The notes under the pieces: generated by a model
The model's database searches: none
Seen by the model: only the letters and a program-made list of their open reading frames with translations
What the model was told of the DNA's origin: nothing
Origin: an uncultured Verrucomicrobiae bacterium
GTDB taxonomy: Bacteria > Verrucomicrobiota > Verrucomicrobiia > Chthoniobacterales > Terrimicrobiaceae
Reading direction: 5' to 3'
Assembly (NCBI GenBank): GCA_963706955.1
Contig: CAVPOC010000003.1
Location: 384,001 to 448,000, forward strand
Length of the DNA: 64,000 bases
In this document: positions 40,337 through 49,609 of the stretch, piece after piece
Layout: each line of letters starts with the position of its first letter
Numbering within the stretch: the first letter of the stretch is position 1
Position numbers and translations under genes: made by a program

Positions 40337-40900
40337 ATGCCCACTCATCGTAAATCTCAGCACAGGTCAGGTCCGGACGGCTTTGACAAAGGCGAACCCA
40401 AGGAAACGACCGAGAAGGTGGTCTTCATCAACCGCTGCGCCAAAGTCGTGAAGGGCGGACGTCGGTTCAGTTTCAGCGCTCTGATTGTCTCGGGCAATCA
40501 CAATGGCCGCGTTGGCATCGGCTTTGGCAAGGCCAACGAAGTCAGCGAGGCGATCCGCAAGGCCACCGAATCGGCGAAAAAGCGAATGGTCAATGTCGCC
40601 ATTCACGAAAATACCATACCGCACCAGGTCCTCGGTGAATTCGGTGGAGGTCGTGTTCTTCTTAAGCCAGCTTCGCCGGGAACTGGCGTCATCGCAGGTG
40701 GCGGTGTCCGCGCGGTGATCGAGGCGGCCGGGATCCGCGACGTGCTCGCAAAGTCACTCGGGTCGAGCAATCCAGCCAATGTCGTGAAAGCGACCCTCCA
40801 CGCTCTGACCACTTTGCGTCCGAAGGACGAAATTTTCAAAATTCGCGGCAAGCCCATCACCGCGAGATCCGCCCTCCCGGTCGCAACGCAAACTCCATGA
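40337..40900 (+). CDS. rpsE: 30S ribosomal protein S5
   Basis: [27 protein letters not shown]. Confidence 0.98.
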   Translation: MPTHRKSQHRSGPDGFDKGEPKETTEKVVFINRCAKVVKGGRRFSFSALIVSGNHNGRVGIGFGKANEVSEAIRKATESAKKRMVNVAIHENTIPHQVLGEFGGGRVLLKPASPGTGVIAGGGVRAVIEAAGIRDVLAKSLGSSNPANVVKATLHALTTLRPKDEIFKIRGKPITARSALPVATQTP

Positions 40901-41367
40901 GACTGCACGATCTAAAACCGAATGCCGGCGCAAAACATCGACGCAAGCGCCTCGGCAGCGGCGAGAGTTCGGGGCACGGGAAAACCTCCGGCAAGGGACA
41001 CAAAGGCCAGAAAGCGCGCTCCGGCGGGTCGATCCGGCCGGGATTCGAGGGTGGTCAGATGCCCCTGCATCGGCGCCTGCCCAAACGCGGCTTTAACAAC
41101 GCGGCGTTCAAGACTGTTTACGGAATCGTCAACCTGGATGATTTGGAAAAGCGGTTCGACGATGGCGCTGCCATCAACGAAAAACTGCTTCGTGGCGCCG
41201 GACTTGTGCGCGGCTCGCTCAGCGGCGTTAAGATTCTTGGCCGCGGAGCAATCAGCAAGAAGTTCCACTTGGAGGTGGATGGCATCAGCGCGTCCGCCAG
41301 AAAGAAGATCGAGCAGGCCGGCGGATCCATCGTAATGACAAGCCGAAATTCCCGGGCCGAGACCTAG
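40897..41367 (+). CDS. rplO: 50S ribosomal protein L15
   Basis: [30 protein letters not shown]. Confidence 0.97.
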   Translation: MRLHDLKPNAGAKHRRKRLGSGESSGHGKTSGKGHKGQKARSGGSIRPGFEGGQMPLHRRLPKRGFNNAAFKTVYGIVNLDDLEKRFDDGAAINEKLLRGAGLVRGSLSGVKILGRGAISKKFHLEVDGISASARKKIEQAGGSIVMTSRNSRAET

Positions 41368-41403
41368 AGGTTCCCGACCATCGAGCAGTTCGGCTTACCG
41401 GCG

Positions 41404-42912
41404 ATGATCTCTGCATTCACGAACATCTTCAAAATCCCTGAATTGCGCCAACGGGTGCTCTTCACGCTGGCGATGATCGTGATTGTTCGAGCAGGCTCCG
41501 CAATCACTACGCCTGGAGTGAATGCGGACATCCTGCGTGAATGGTTTCGCAATGTCGCAGATGCTCAGTCTGCCGGCGGTGTCGCCTCGCTCTTCAATCT
41601 CTTCAGCGGTGGAGCTCTGGCCCATTGTGCGATTTTCTCGCTCGGGATCATGCCCTACATCAGCGCTTCGATCATGATGCAGCTGCTCACCGCAGTGATT
41701 CCCCAGCTCGGGAAATTGGCCCGTGAGGATGGCGGTCGGCGAAAAATCATGCAGTACACCCGCTACGCCACGATCGCGCTCTGCATCTTTCAAGGCTTCC
41801 TGCTCGCCAAATCTTTCGAGAACCCGCAGGCGAATCCATTCTTGCCGGGGATTATGGATACGATCAACCGCCTTGGAATGGACCTGGTTCCTGAGCCAGG
41901 CTGGGCGTTCCAGCTGATGACTGTCATTACCATGACGGCGGGGACGATGTTCCTCATGTGGTTGGGAGACCAGATCACCGAACGTGGCATTGGCAACGGC
42001 GTCTCGCTGATCATCACCGTGGGCATCCTGGCCCAACTGCCTGCCGGGTTGATTCAAGCGTGGCGCACGTTCGTGCCCACGGCTCCCGGTGCCCAGGCGA
42101 ATGTTAGCCCGATCGTCCTGGTCCTGTTGTGTCTTTTTCTCGTCCTGGTTATTGCCGCAGTTATCGCCGTAACCCAGGCGCAGCGCAAGATCAGCATCCA
42201 ATACGCCAAGCGCGTCGTTGGGCGGAAGGTTTACGGCGGCCAGACGCAATACATGCCGCTCAAGATCAACTATGCGGGCGTGATGCCCATCATCTTTGCT
42301 CAAGCGATTCTGCTCTTTCCGTCCACGATCATCAACATGGCTTTCCCTCAAAACCGGACCGCGCAGGAGATTGCCAACCTGCTCGCCGTCGGTTGGCTGC
42401 ATTACGTGCTCTACGGGGTGATGATTTTCTTCTTTAGCTATTTCTGGGTCGCCACCCAATTTCAGCCCGTTCAGATCGCCGACGATCTCAAGAAATACGG
42501 GGGGTTCATTCCCGGGGTGCGCCCGGGCAAACCTACCGCTGACTTCCTTGATTACACCATGTCGCGCCTGACTTTCGCCGGAGCGATCTTCCTGACGATT
42601 ATAGCGGTGCTGCCTCAGCTTCTGGCGCAGGCGTTGAAGGTTCCCTACATGACGGCGCAGTTTTTCGGGGGCACGGGCGTGCTGATCATCGTGGGCGTGG
42701 TGCTCGACACCATGCGCCAGGTCGAGACTCACCTGCTGCAGCGGCACTACGACGGCTTTCTTCGCAAAGGAAAGATTCGCGGGGCGCGCGAGCAGCGTCC
42801 ACGCCTGAGCTCCGGGCAGGTCCTCGATGACAGCTCACTGGTCTTCATCTACGCCAGTCTTGGTATTCTGGTGATCGCCGGCGTGACCATCTTCTTTGCC
42901 ACGCGGCAGTAG
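41404..42912 (+). CDS. secY: Preprotein translocase SecY
   Basis: LGIMPYISASI, ITERGIGNG.S, AGVMPIIFA, IPGVRPG, FGGT.VLI.VGV. Confidence 0.98.
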   Translation: MISAFTNIFKIPELRQRVLFTLAMIVIVRAGSAITTPGVNADILREWFRNVADAQSAGGVASLFNLFSGGALAHCAIFSLGIMPYISASIMMQLLTAVIPQLGKLAREDGGRRKIMQYTRYATIALCIFQGFLLAKSFENPQANPFLPGIMDTINRLGMDLVPEPGWAFQLMTVITMTAGTMFLMWLGDQITERGIGNGVSLIITVGILAQLPAGLIQAWRTFVPTAPGAQANVSPIVLVLLCLFLVLVIAAVIAVTQAQRKISIQYAKRVVGRKVYGGQTQYMPLKINYAGVMPIIFAQAILLFPSTIINMAFPQNRTAQEIANLLAVGWLHYVLYGVMIFFFSYFWVATQFQPVQIADDLKKYGGFIPGVRPGKPTADFLDYTMSRLTFAGAIFLTIIAVLPQLLAQALKVPYMTAQFFGGTGVLIIVGVVLDTMRQVETHLLQRHYDGFLRKGKIRGAREQRPRLSSGQVLDDSSLVFIYASLGILVIAGVTIFFATRQ

Positions 42913-42915
42913 GAC

Positions 42916-43569
42916 ATGAAGAACCGGATAGTTCTCCTGGGTCCTCCCGCCTCTGGAAAAGGCACGCAAGCTGCCCTCCTCTCGGCAACATTCGGGATTC
43001 CAGCGGCCTCGACCGGGGCAATCCTGCGCGAAGAAAAGGCGCGCGGAAGCGAGCTTGGCGCCGAAGCGGAACGCTGGATCATCCAGGGAAAGCTTTTCCC
43101 TGACGAGCTGGCCCTGCGCGTCGTCTGGAAATGGCTCGATAATCGCCGGCGGTTCATCCTTGACGGCTTTCCCCGAACGCTCGGCCAAGCGAAAGCCTTC
43201 GACGATGGACTTGAGCAGCGAAGTTTACCGCTCGAGGTAGTCTATTTTCTCAAGCTGTCGGACGAGATGGTTCGCGAGCGGATGACCAGTCGCCTGACGT
43301 GCTCGCAATGCGGATCGGTCTTCAACGAAAGCTTTCATGACGTCACCGTCGATACGCCGTGTCCACGATGCGGAGGCGAACTGGCACGGCGCGACGATGA
43401 TACCGACGATGCTCTCGATCGCCGGCTCGCGCAGTTTCGAGAGCATACCTTGCCGGTAGCCCACCACTATCGGACGAAAGGCTTGCTCAAGGAAGTGGAT
43501 GCAACCGATGGGCGCGATGCCATTTTCACTCGGCTCTATTTCGATTTCCACCAGGAGGTGCTCGTATGA
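42916..43569 (+). CDS. adk: Adenylate kinase (Zn-type LID)
   Basis: GPPASGKGTQ, LDGFPRT, CSQC..CPRC, RRDDD. Confidence 0.93.
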   Translation: MKNRIVLLGPPASGKGTQAALLSATFGIPAASTGAILREEKARGSELGAEAERWIIQGKLFPDELALRVVWKWLDNRRRFILDGFPRTLGQAKAFDDGLEQRSLPLEVVYFLKLSDEMVRERMTSRLTCSQCGSVFNESFHDVTVDTPCPRCGGELARRDDDTDDALDRRLAQFREHTLPVAHHYRTKGLLKEVDATDGRDAIFTRLYFDFHQEVLV

Positions 43570-44330
43570 TTCCGATAAAACGCGGGGCCGAAATTGACAA
43601 AATGCGGCGCGCAGGGGAGATCGCCGCGGAAATTCTCAATCGTCTCGCCGATCTGGCCGCACCGGGCATTACCACCGGCGAAATCGACCGAGCCGCCGCC
43701 GGTTTCATGCAAGAAGTCGGTGTGCAAAGCGCTTTCCTCGGTTACAAGAAATTCCCGGGCCACATTTGCATCTCCATCAATGAAGAGGTCGTTCATGGAA
43801 TCGGGGGACCACGCAAGATCAGCTACGGCGACGTGGTGAAGATGGATGTCGGAATTGTCCGCGATGGCTGGATCGGCGACACGGCGATGAGCGTCCCGGT
43901 GGGAATCATCGACCCCGAGACCGAACGGCTCCTCACCATAACCGAGCAAATCCTCGATGGTGCCGTCCAGCGCGTCCAATCCGGGACCCGCCTTGGCGAT
44001 ATTAGCGCATTTGTTGAAGAGCAGGCGACTCGTCACGGTTATTCGGTCGTCCGCGAGTTCGTCGGTCACGGAGTAGGTCGGCATCTTCACGAGGAACCCC
44101 AGATCCCAAACTTCGGCAAACGCGGCACCGGCCCAATCCTCCGAGCGGGGATGACACTTGCTATCGAGCCGATGATAAACCTGGGAAAAGCGAAGATCCG
44201 CGTGCTCGACGATAAGTGGACAGTGGTCACCGCCGACGGACTGCCCTCAGCTCACTTTGAACATACCGTGCTCGTTACTGACGGGGGCCCCGAAATATTG
44301 ACATGGCCAAGAAAGACGCTATTGAAGTAG
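43566..44330 (+). CDS. map: Type I methionine aminopeptidase
   Basis: [34 protein letters not shown]. Confidence 0.97.
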   Translation: MIPIKRGAEIDKMRRAGEIAAEILNRLADLAAPGITTGEIDRAAAGFMQEVGVQSAFLGYKKFPGHICISINEEVVHGIGGPRKISYGDVVKMDVGIVRDGWIGDTAMSVPVGIIDPETERLLTITEQILDGAVQRVQSGTRLGDISAFVEEQATRHGYSVVREFVGHGVGRHLHEEPQIPNFGKRGTGPILRAGMTLAIEPMINLGKAKIRVLDDKWTVVTADGLPSAHFEHTVLVTDGGPEILTWPRKTLLK

Positions 44331-44551
44331 AGGGGAAAGTCGTTGAACTGCTGCCAAATACCATGTTCCGGGTGGAACTGGGAAACGGGCATCGCATTCT
44401 GGCGCACATTTCCGGAAAAATGCGGCTGCACTTCATCCGCATTCTGCCCGGCGACAAGGTCATGGTGGAAATGTCCCCCTACGATCTCACCAAAGGCCGA
44501 ATTACCTTCCGCCACAAGTCTGACACGCCCAAACCCGAAACCGTCAAATGA
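44303..44551 (+). CDS. infA: Translation initiation factor IF-1
   Basis: [31 protein letters not shown]. Confidence 0.98.
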   Translation: MAKKDAIEVEGKVVELLPNTMFRVELGNGHRILAHISGKMRLHFIRILPGDKVMVEMSPYDLTKGRITFRHKSDTPKPETVK

Positions 44552-44661
44552 AAGTCCGAGCTTCCGTAAAGCGCCTCTGCGAAAACTGCAAGATCGTGCG
44601 GCGCAAGAACGTGGTGCGCGTCATCTGCACCAACCCGCGACACAAACAAAAACAAGGCTGA
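44548..44661 (+). CDS. rpmJ: 50S ribosomal protein L36 (Zn-ribbon form)
   Basis: Read by hand (below ORF cutoff): [37 protein letters not shown]. Confidence 0.97.
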   Translation: MKVRASVKRLCENCKIVRRKNVVRVICTNPRHKQKQG

Positions 44662-44701
44662 CCGCCATGGCGATTACCCTAAACCTCACCTCGAAAACAT
44701 C

Positions 44702-45097
44702 ATGCCACGCCTTCTTGGAGTAGAGATTCCCGGCGACAAGCGAATCGAAGCTTCGCTCTCCTACATCTACGGTATCGGTCCCAGCAATACCAAACGCATT
44801 TTGGAAGTTGCCAACATCGACCCGAACATCCGGGCGAAAGAACTATCGCCCGAGCAGTTGAATGCGATCATCCACGCGATCAATTCGCTCAAGATCGCTA
44901 TCGAAGGTGACCTTCGCCGGGAAGTGCAAAGCAATCTCAAGCGCCTCCAAGCCATCAACTGCTATCGCGGAATCCGCCACCGGCGCGGATTGCCAGTCCG
45001 CGGCCAGCGCACTTCCACCAATGCCCGGACTCGCAAAGGTCCGCGCAAGACGGTCGGCGTGCAACGTAACCCCGACGCCAAGGCCGGCAAAGTTTAA
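44702..45097 (+). CDS. rpsM: 30S ribosomal protein S13
   Basis: [27 protein letters not shown]. Confidence 0.98.
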   Translation: MPRLLGVEIPGDKRIEASLSYIYGIGPSNTKRILEVANIDPNIRAKELSPEQLNAIIHAINSLKIAIEGDLRREVQSNLKRLQAINCYRGIRHRRGLPVRGQRTSTNARTRKGPRKTVGVQRNPDAKAGKV

Positions 45098-45102
45098 GAA
45101 TT

Positions 45103-45777
45103 ATGGCTGACGAAACTCCCAATAATCCCGCAGCTCCTCAAGGCGGCGCCGGCCGCTCCGGCGGTGAAAAAAAATCAAAACCGCCGGTAGCAAAGAAGAA
45201 AGATCCCGAGAGCGCAGCGCCCGTCGCAGCCCCTCCCGGCCCGTCCGCTGCAGCCCCTGCCGGCACGCCAGCCGCCAGCACCGAAGCTCCCAAGGAAGCC
45301 AAACCGGCGACCGCTTCTCGCAAGCCTGCCAAGAAGGACGAAAAGAAGGACGCGGCTCCAGCGCCCGTCGCCCTTTCACTTGATGAGACGATCGAACCGT
45401 TGAAGGTGGTCAAGGCGAAGGGCAGTAAGAACGTCACCCACGGCATCGCTCACGTGCAGGCCAGCTTCAACAACACTATCGTCAGCATCACCGACCAAAA
45501 AGGCGCCGTCATCGGATGGTCCAGCGCTGGCAAGTGCGGCTTCAAGGGCTCGCGAAAGAGCACCGCTTACGCCGCCCAGATGGTCGCGCAAGATGCCTGC
45601 AGACAGGCCATGAGTCACGGCCTCAGGGAAGTCGAGGTCCGCGTGAAGGGCCCCGGCGCTGGCCGCGAGTCAGCCGTGCGCGCAATGCAGGCGGTCGGCC
45701 TCGAGATCACCGTCATACGGGACGTCACGCCGGTCCCCCATAATGGCTGTCGCCCTCCCAAACAGCGAAGAGTCTAA
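45103..45777 (+). CDS. rpsK: 30S ribosomal protein S11 with long N-terminal extension
   Basis: [30 protein letters not shown]. Confidence 0.97.
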   Translation: MADETPNNPAAPQGGAGRSGGEKKSKPPVAKKKDPESAAPVAAPPGPSAAAPAGTPAASTEAPKEAKPATASRKPAKKDEKKDAAPAPVALSLDETIEPLKVVKAKGSKNVTHGIAHVQASFNNTIVSITDQKGAVIGWSSAGKCGFKGSRKSTAYAAQMVAQDACRQAMSHGLREVEVRVKGPGAGRESAVRAMQAVGLEITVIRDVTPVPHNGCRPPKQRRV

Positions 45778-45781
45778 GACA

Positions 45782-45891
45782 AGTTTTATGTTTAAAGTTT
45801 TAAGTTCTAAGCAAACGCAGCACCCCCGGAATCTGTCGAACCTGCAAACCGAGATAGGGAACTTAAAACTTAAAACCTAAGACTTAAAACT
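45782..45891. repeat. Inverted tandem heptamer repeats (AGTTTTA-like / AACTTAA-like) forming a long hairpin
   Basis: AGTTTTA TGTTTAA AGTTTTA AGTTCTA ... AACTTAA AACTTAA AACCTAA GACTTAA AACT. Confidence 0.85.
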
Positions 45892-45901
45892 CTCCTTTCC
45901 C

Positions 45902-46513
45902 ATGGCTCGTTATACCGGACCCAAGACCAAAGTAAGCCGCCGTTACGGCGTGCTCGTTCACGGCTCGCCCAAAGCGTTTGAGAACAAGAACTATCCACCT
46001 GGCCAGCATGGGCCGAAGGGATCCCGGCGCAAGCTTTCGGATTACGCCCTGGCGCTCGCCGAAAAGCAGAAGCTGCGCTACCAATACGGTGTGCTCGAGC
46101 GGCAGTTCCGCCGCTATTTTCAATTGGCCTTGCGCAAGCGTGGGGTAACCGGTGAGATCCTGCTTCAACTACTCGAGACGCGCTTGGACAACGTCGTCCA
46201 GAAGCTCGGCTTGGCGAAAACCCTGCGCGCCGCGCGACAAATGGTTTCGCATGGCCACGTCACCGTCAACGGCAGGAAGACCAACATCTCGTCGATGAAC
46301 GTTAAGGCTGGCGACAAAGTCGCGGTAAGATCGACGGATCGCTCGCGGCGGCTGGCGGCCAAGGCGGTCGATCAAACTTCAGCTATCTCGACGCCGGAAT
46401 GGTTGATTGCGGACAAAGACGGCCTCAGTGGAACCGTCACGCGTCTCCCAACCAGAGCGGACATCAACCCGATCGTCAACGAACAGCTCGTCGTCGAATT
46501 GTATTCGCGCTAG
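45902..46513 (+). CDS. rpsD: 30S ribosomal protein S4
   Basis: MARYTGP, PPGQHG, EKQKL, LETRLDNVV, VVELYSR. Confidence 0.98.
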   Translation: MARYTGPKTKVSRRYGVLVHGSPKAFENKNYPPGQHGPKGSRRKLSDYALALAEKQKLRYQYGVLERQFRRYFQLALRKRGVTGEILLQLLETRLDNVVQKLGLAKTLRAARQMVSHGHVTVNGRKTNISSMNVKAGDKVAVRSTDRSRRLAAKAVDQTSAISTPEWLIADKDGLSGTVTRLPTRADINPIVNEQLVVELYSR

Positions 46514-46547
46514 CGGAGTTGAAGCCTCCTTCAAATCGCAAAGGTGC

Positions 46548-46578
46548 AACGCCCGCCCTCTCGGCGGGCGTTTGTCTT
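46548..46578 (+). terminator. Intrinsic terminator after rpsD
   Basis: AACGCCCGCC-ctctc-GGCGGGCGTT followed by TGTCTT. Confidence 0.7.
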
Positions 46579-46626
46579 GGTGCCGCTCTTGTCATTCCTC
46601 CCAATCCCGCTTAATTCCTCAAGAAT

Positions 46627-47670
46627 ATGCCGAAGACTGAAGATCCTTCTTCCACCGTTGATGAAAAGGCCGCCGCCATGCGGGCAAAGAACCTCGACCT
46701 CGCCATCCAGCAAATCGAAAAGGACTATGGCAGCGAAGCAATTCGCCGACTCGGCGATGCGACGGTCTCGGCCGTTGACGTTATCCCCACCGGAAACATT
46801 CAGATCGACCGCGCCCTTGGCGTCGGCGGTTTTCCGCGTGGCCGCGTTGTCGAGATTTTCGGACCGGAAAGCTCAGGCAAAACGACCCTCACGCTGACCG
46901 CGATAGCCCAGGCACAGAAGAACGGCGGGTTGGCCGGCTTTATCGACGTCGAGCATGCGCTTGATCCCGGCTATGCCCGAAAACTGAGCGTCAACCTCGA
47001 CGATTTACTGGTTTCTCAGCCGAGCTCGGGCGAAGAAGCGCTTCGTATCTGCGAGACGCTCGTGCGCTCCAATGCTCTCGACGTCATCGTGATCGACTCG
47101 GTGGCGGCGTTGGTCACGAAGTCAGAACTGGAGGGCGAAATCGGCGACGCTGTCGTCGGGGCGCAGGCCCGGCTGATGAGCAATGCGCTCCGAAAACTCA
47201 CTTCGTTCATCTCGAGGGCGCGGACCGTCTGCATTTTCACCAATCAGATCCGCGAGAAGATTGGCGTGATGTTCGGCAATCCGGAGACTACGCCGGGTGG
47301 CAAGGCCCTGAAATTTTACGCGAGCGTTCGCGTCGATATCCGCCGAATTGGAGCGATCAAGAATAGCGATGGAACCGTCACCGGCAACCGCACCAGGATC
47401 AAAATCGTCAAGAACAAGGTCGCCCCACCCTTCACTGAGGCGGAATTCGACATCATGTACAATGAGGGAATTTCCAGTACCGGCTCGCTGCTCGATCTCG
47501 CGCTCGAAAAAGGCGTGCTCGAAAAGCGAGGCTCATGGCTCAGCTACAAGGGGACCCAGCTGGCGCAAGGTCGCGACGCTGCCAAGGAGGTCTTGCGAAG
47601 CGACGCAGCGCTCTTCCAGCAGATCGACCAGGACGTCCGCTCCGCGCTCGATTCCGCGAAAAAGCCGTAG
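46627..47670 (+). CDS. recA: Recombinase RecA
   Basis: [42 protein letters not shown]. Confidence 0.98.
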   Translation: MPKTEDPSSTVDEKAAAMRAKNLDLAIQQIEKDYGSEAIRRLGDATVSAVDVIPTGNIQIDRALGVGGFPRGRVVEIFGPESSGKTTLTLTAIAQAQKNGGLAGFIDVEHALDPGYARKLSVNLDDLLVSQPSSGEEALRICETLVRSNALDVIVIDSVAALVTKSELEGEIGDAVVGAQARLMSNALRKLTSFISRARTVCIFTNQIREKIGVMFGNPETTPGGKALKFYASVRVDIRRIGAIKNSDGTVTGNRTRIKIVKNKVAPPFTEAEFDIMYNEGISSTGSLLDLALEKGVLEKRGSWLSYKGTQLAQGRDAAKEVLRSDAALFQQIDQDVRSALDSAKKP

Positions 47671-47682
47671 AGCCGAACGCTG

Positions 47683-48585
47683 ATGCCCCCCGCGAAATCC
47701 CCCCGAATCCTCCTCTTCGGAAGCTCGAATACTGACCTTGTTGTCGTCTGCGATCGGCTCCCCGAACCCGGAGAAACACTCCTCGGCGGAGACTTCCACC
47801 GTACCGCCGGCGGAAAAGGGGCCAACCAGGCGGTGGCGGCTGCACGCGCCGGCGCGAACGTCATCTTTGTCGGGGCGCGCGGAGATGACGATTTTGGGGC
47901 TTTGGCTGCAGAGGGACTTCGTCGTGAAAAGATCGACATCCGGCACTTCAGAATTCACAAGGGCGTTCCTAGTGGCATTGCGCTGATCCTCATTGGAGGC
48001 GAATCTCGCGAGAATGTGATCGCCGTCGCCCATTCCGCCAACGATCTGCTCTCCGAAGCGAGCGTCCAAGCGGTCGCTTCGGAGTTCGTGAAGTGCAACG
48101 CCGTCGTCACCCAGCTCGAGATCCCGATGAGCGCGGTAAGGACAGCCGCTAAGCTTGCATATGAAGCCCGCAAACCGCTCGTCCTCAATCCGGCCCCGGC
48201 CCGCGCTCTACCCAAATCGCTTCTGCGACTCGTGCATACGATCACCCCTAACGAGCATGAGGCCGCCATTCTCACCGGCGAGCACGACCCCGAACGCGCT
48301 GGCCAAAAATTGATTCAAGCCGGTTGTCGTAACGCCGTTGTCACCCTCGGAGCCAAGGGCGCCCTGCTCGTGAACGCATCAGGTGTGAGTCAGTTTTCTG
48401 TCGCCAAAGTTAAGCCGGTCGATACCGTCGGCGCGGGCGATTGCTTTACCGGCTGGCTGGCTACCGGTATCGCCGAAGACCTCAGCATGCCTGACGCTAT
48501 CACTCGCGCCATCCGCGCCGCCGGCATCGCCATCACCCGCGCCGGCGCTCAGGATGCGATGCCCAGACGCGGAGAGGTTTGCTAA
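47683..48585 (+). CDS. rbsK: Ribokinase
   Basis: GSSNTD, GGKGANQAVAAAR.G, NPAPA, PNEHE, DTVGAGD. Confidence 0.9.
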   Translation: MPPAKSPRILLFGSSNTDLVVVCDRLPEPGETLLGGDFHRTAGGKGANQAVAAARAGANVIFVGARGDDDFGALAAEGLRREKIDIRHFRIHKGVPSGIALILIGGESRENVIAVAHSANDLLSEASVQAVASEFVKCNAVVTQLEIPMSAVRTAAKLAYEARKPLVLNPAPARALPKSLLRLVHTITPNEHEAAILTGEHDPERAGQKLIQAGCRNAVVTLGAKGALLVNASGVSQFSVAKVKPVDTVGAGDCFTGWLATGIAEDLSMPDAITRAIRAAGIAITRAGAQDAMPRRGEVC

Positions 48586-48793
48586 TACAAACCGCGTCTG
48601 CGCTTCCGCTTTCACGCGGCGACTCTTGGGAGACTTCCTCGTCCTGGCGAAGCTAAGCCCCACGACAGACCTTTTCTGAAACAGATCAAGCCGGCGGGCA
48701 CACGAGCGATCTTGAGGCAGCTTCTCGCGAGCAGTCATTCAAAATTGAACCGTTTGCCGTTGACCATAGAAAAGCATCTGTTAAACCGTTCTG

Positions 48794-49090
48794 GTGACCT
48801 TCCGCCTTCTCTTCCTGATTGTCACCGGAGCGTTTCTTGTCACCGGCTGTGAACTGGATGAATTTCTCGCACCTGATCCGGTGATGTATGTCGGCGATCG
48901 GCCCTACCCGATGGACTTCGATCCCTATTACAATCAACCTAAATTTTATCGACAGCCGCGGTATTACGAATCCACCAGCAAAAAGACGAAAGGCAACCGG
49001 GTGTTCAAGACCACCAGGGTGAAGGACGAATACGGGAACACCGTTTATAAGAACACGACCTCTCACAAGAAGAAGAAAAAGAAAAGTTAG
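48794..49090 (+). CDS. Small basic lipoprotein
   Basis: Signal peptide with lipobox VTGC; Tyr-rich middle; poly-Lys C-terminus. Confidence 0.7.
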   Translation: MTFRLLFLIVTGAFLVTGCELDEFLAPDPVMYVGDRPYPMDFDPYYNQPKFYRQPRYYESTSKKTKGNRVFKTTRVKDEYGNTVYKNTTSHKKKKKKS

Positions 49091-49099
49091 TTTAAGCTC

Positions 49100-49447
49100 A
49101 TGAAACGCCCTTTCGTTCTCTTCATTCTGCTGAGTGTCACCGGCGCCGTGGCGTCTGATCTCAACTTCACGCTGATCAATAAGACGGCGCGGAGCTTTGA
49201 AGGTGTCTATATCACCGCCTCCGATAACAAAGATTGGGATGCCAACATCCTCCGGAATGGCAAGGTGCTTGCAACCGGCGGCCACATTGAAGTTCGCTTC
49301 CCGCGCGACGCCAAGTCGGCAACCTGGGATCTCAACCTGGTCGACGATCAAGGACTTTCAATCACATTGGACGACGTCAATCTGACCAACGCAGACACCG
49401 TCACGTTGACGGATGTTAAAGGTAAGGTCACCGCGGAGGTCGAATAA
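49100..49447 (+). CDS. Small exported beta-rich hypothetical protein
   Basis: Signal peptide (AVA/S), FTLINKT...VYI...W..NIL..WDL. Confidence 0.75.
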   Translation: MKRPFVLFILLSVTGAVASDLNFTLINKTARSFEGVYITASDNKDWDANILRNGKVLATGGHIEVRFPRDAKSATWDLNLVDDQGLSITLDDVNLTNADTVTLTDVKGKVTAEVE

Positions 49448-49490
49448 GCGAGCCCTGTTCGATTTTCGGGTGATGAATTCGAAAGAAATT

Positions 49491-49553
49491 GTGGAGGCGC
49501 TTGTGCCAAGCGCCTGTGGATTTTCGCTGGGCGCTTGACACAAGCGCCCCTAC
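49491..49553. repeat. REP-like family B inverted doublet
   Basis: GTGGAGGCGCTTGTGCCAAGCGCCT and inverted GTAGGGGCGCTTGTGTCAAGCGCCC between convergent genes. Confidence 0.85.
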
Positions 49554-49609
49554 AACGCGAAGTTCGGTTTTGTAATTCCTCAGACGTTCGTAGCGCCGAG
49601 CCTCGAACT

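Noticed and set aside
41395..42747. Long antisense ORFs (450 aa opposite secY; others opposite dapL, rsmH, the rSAM gene, argS and 34386-35459)
   Set aside because: Shadow ORFs expected from GC-rich codon bias opposite well-supported genes; no recognisable motifs.
46514..46626. LexA box upstream of recA
   Set aside because: Neither TGTTC-N4-GAACA (reported for Verrucomicrobia) nor CTGT-N8-ACAG is visible.
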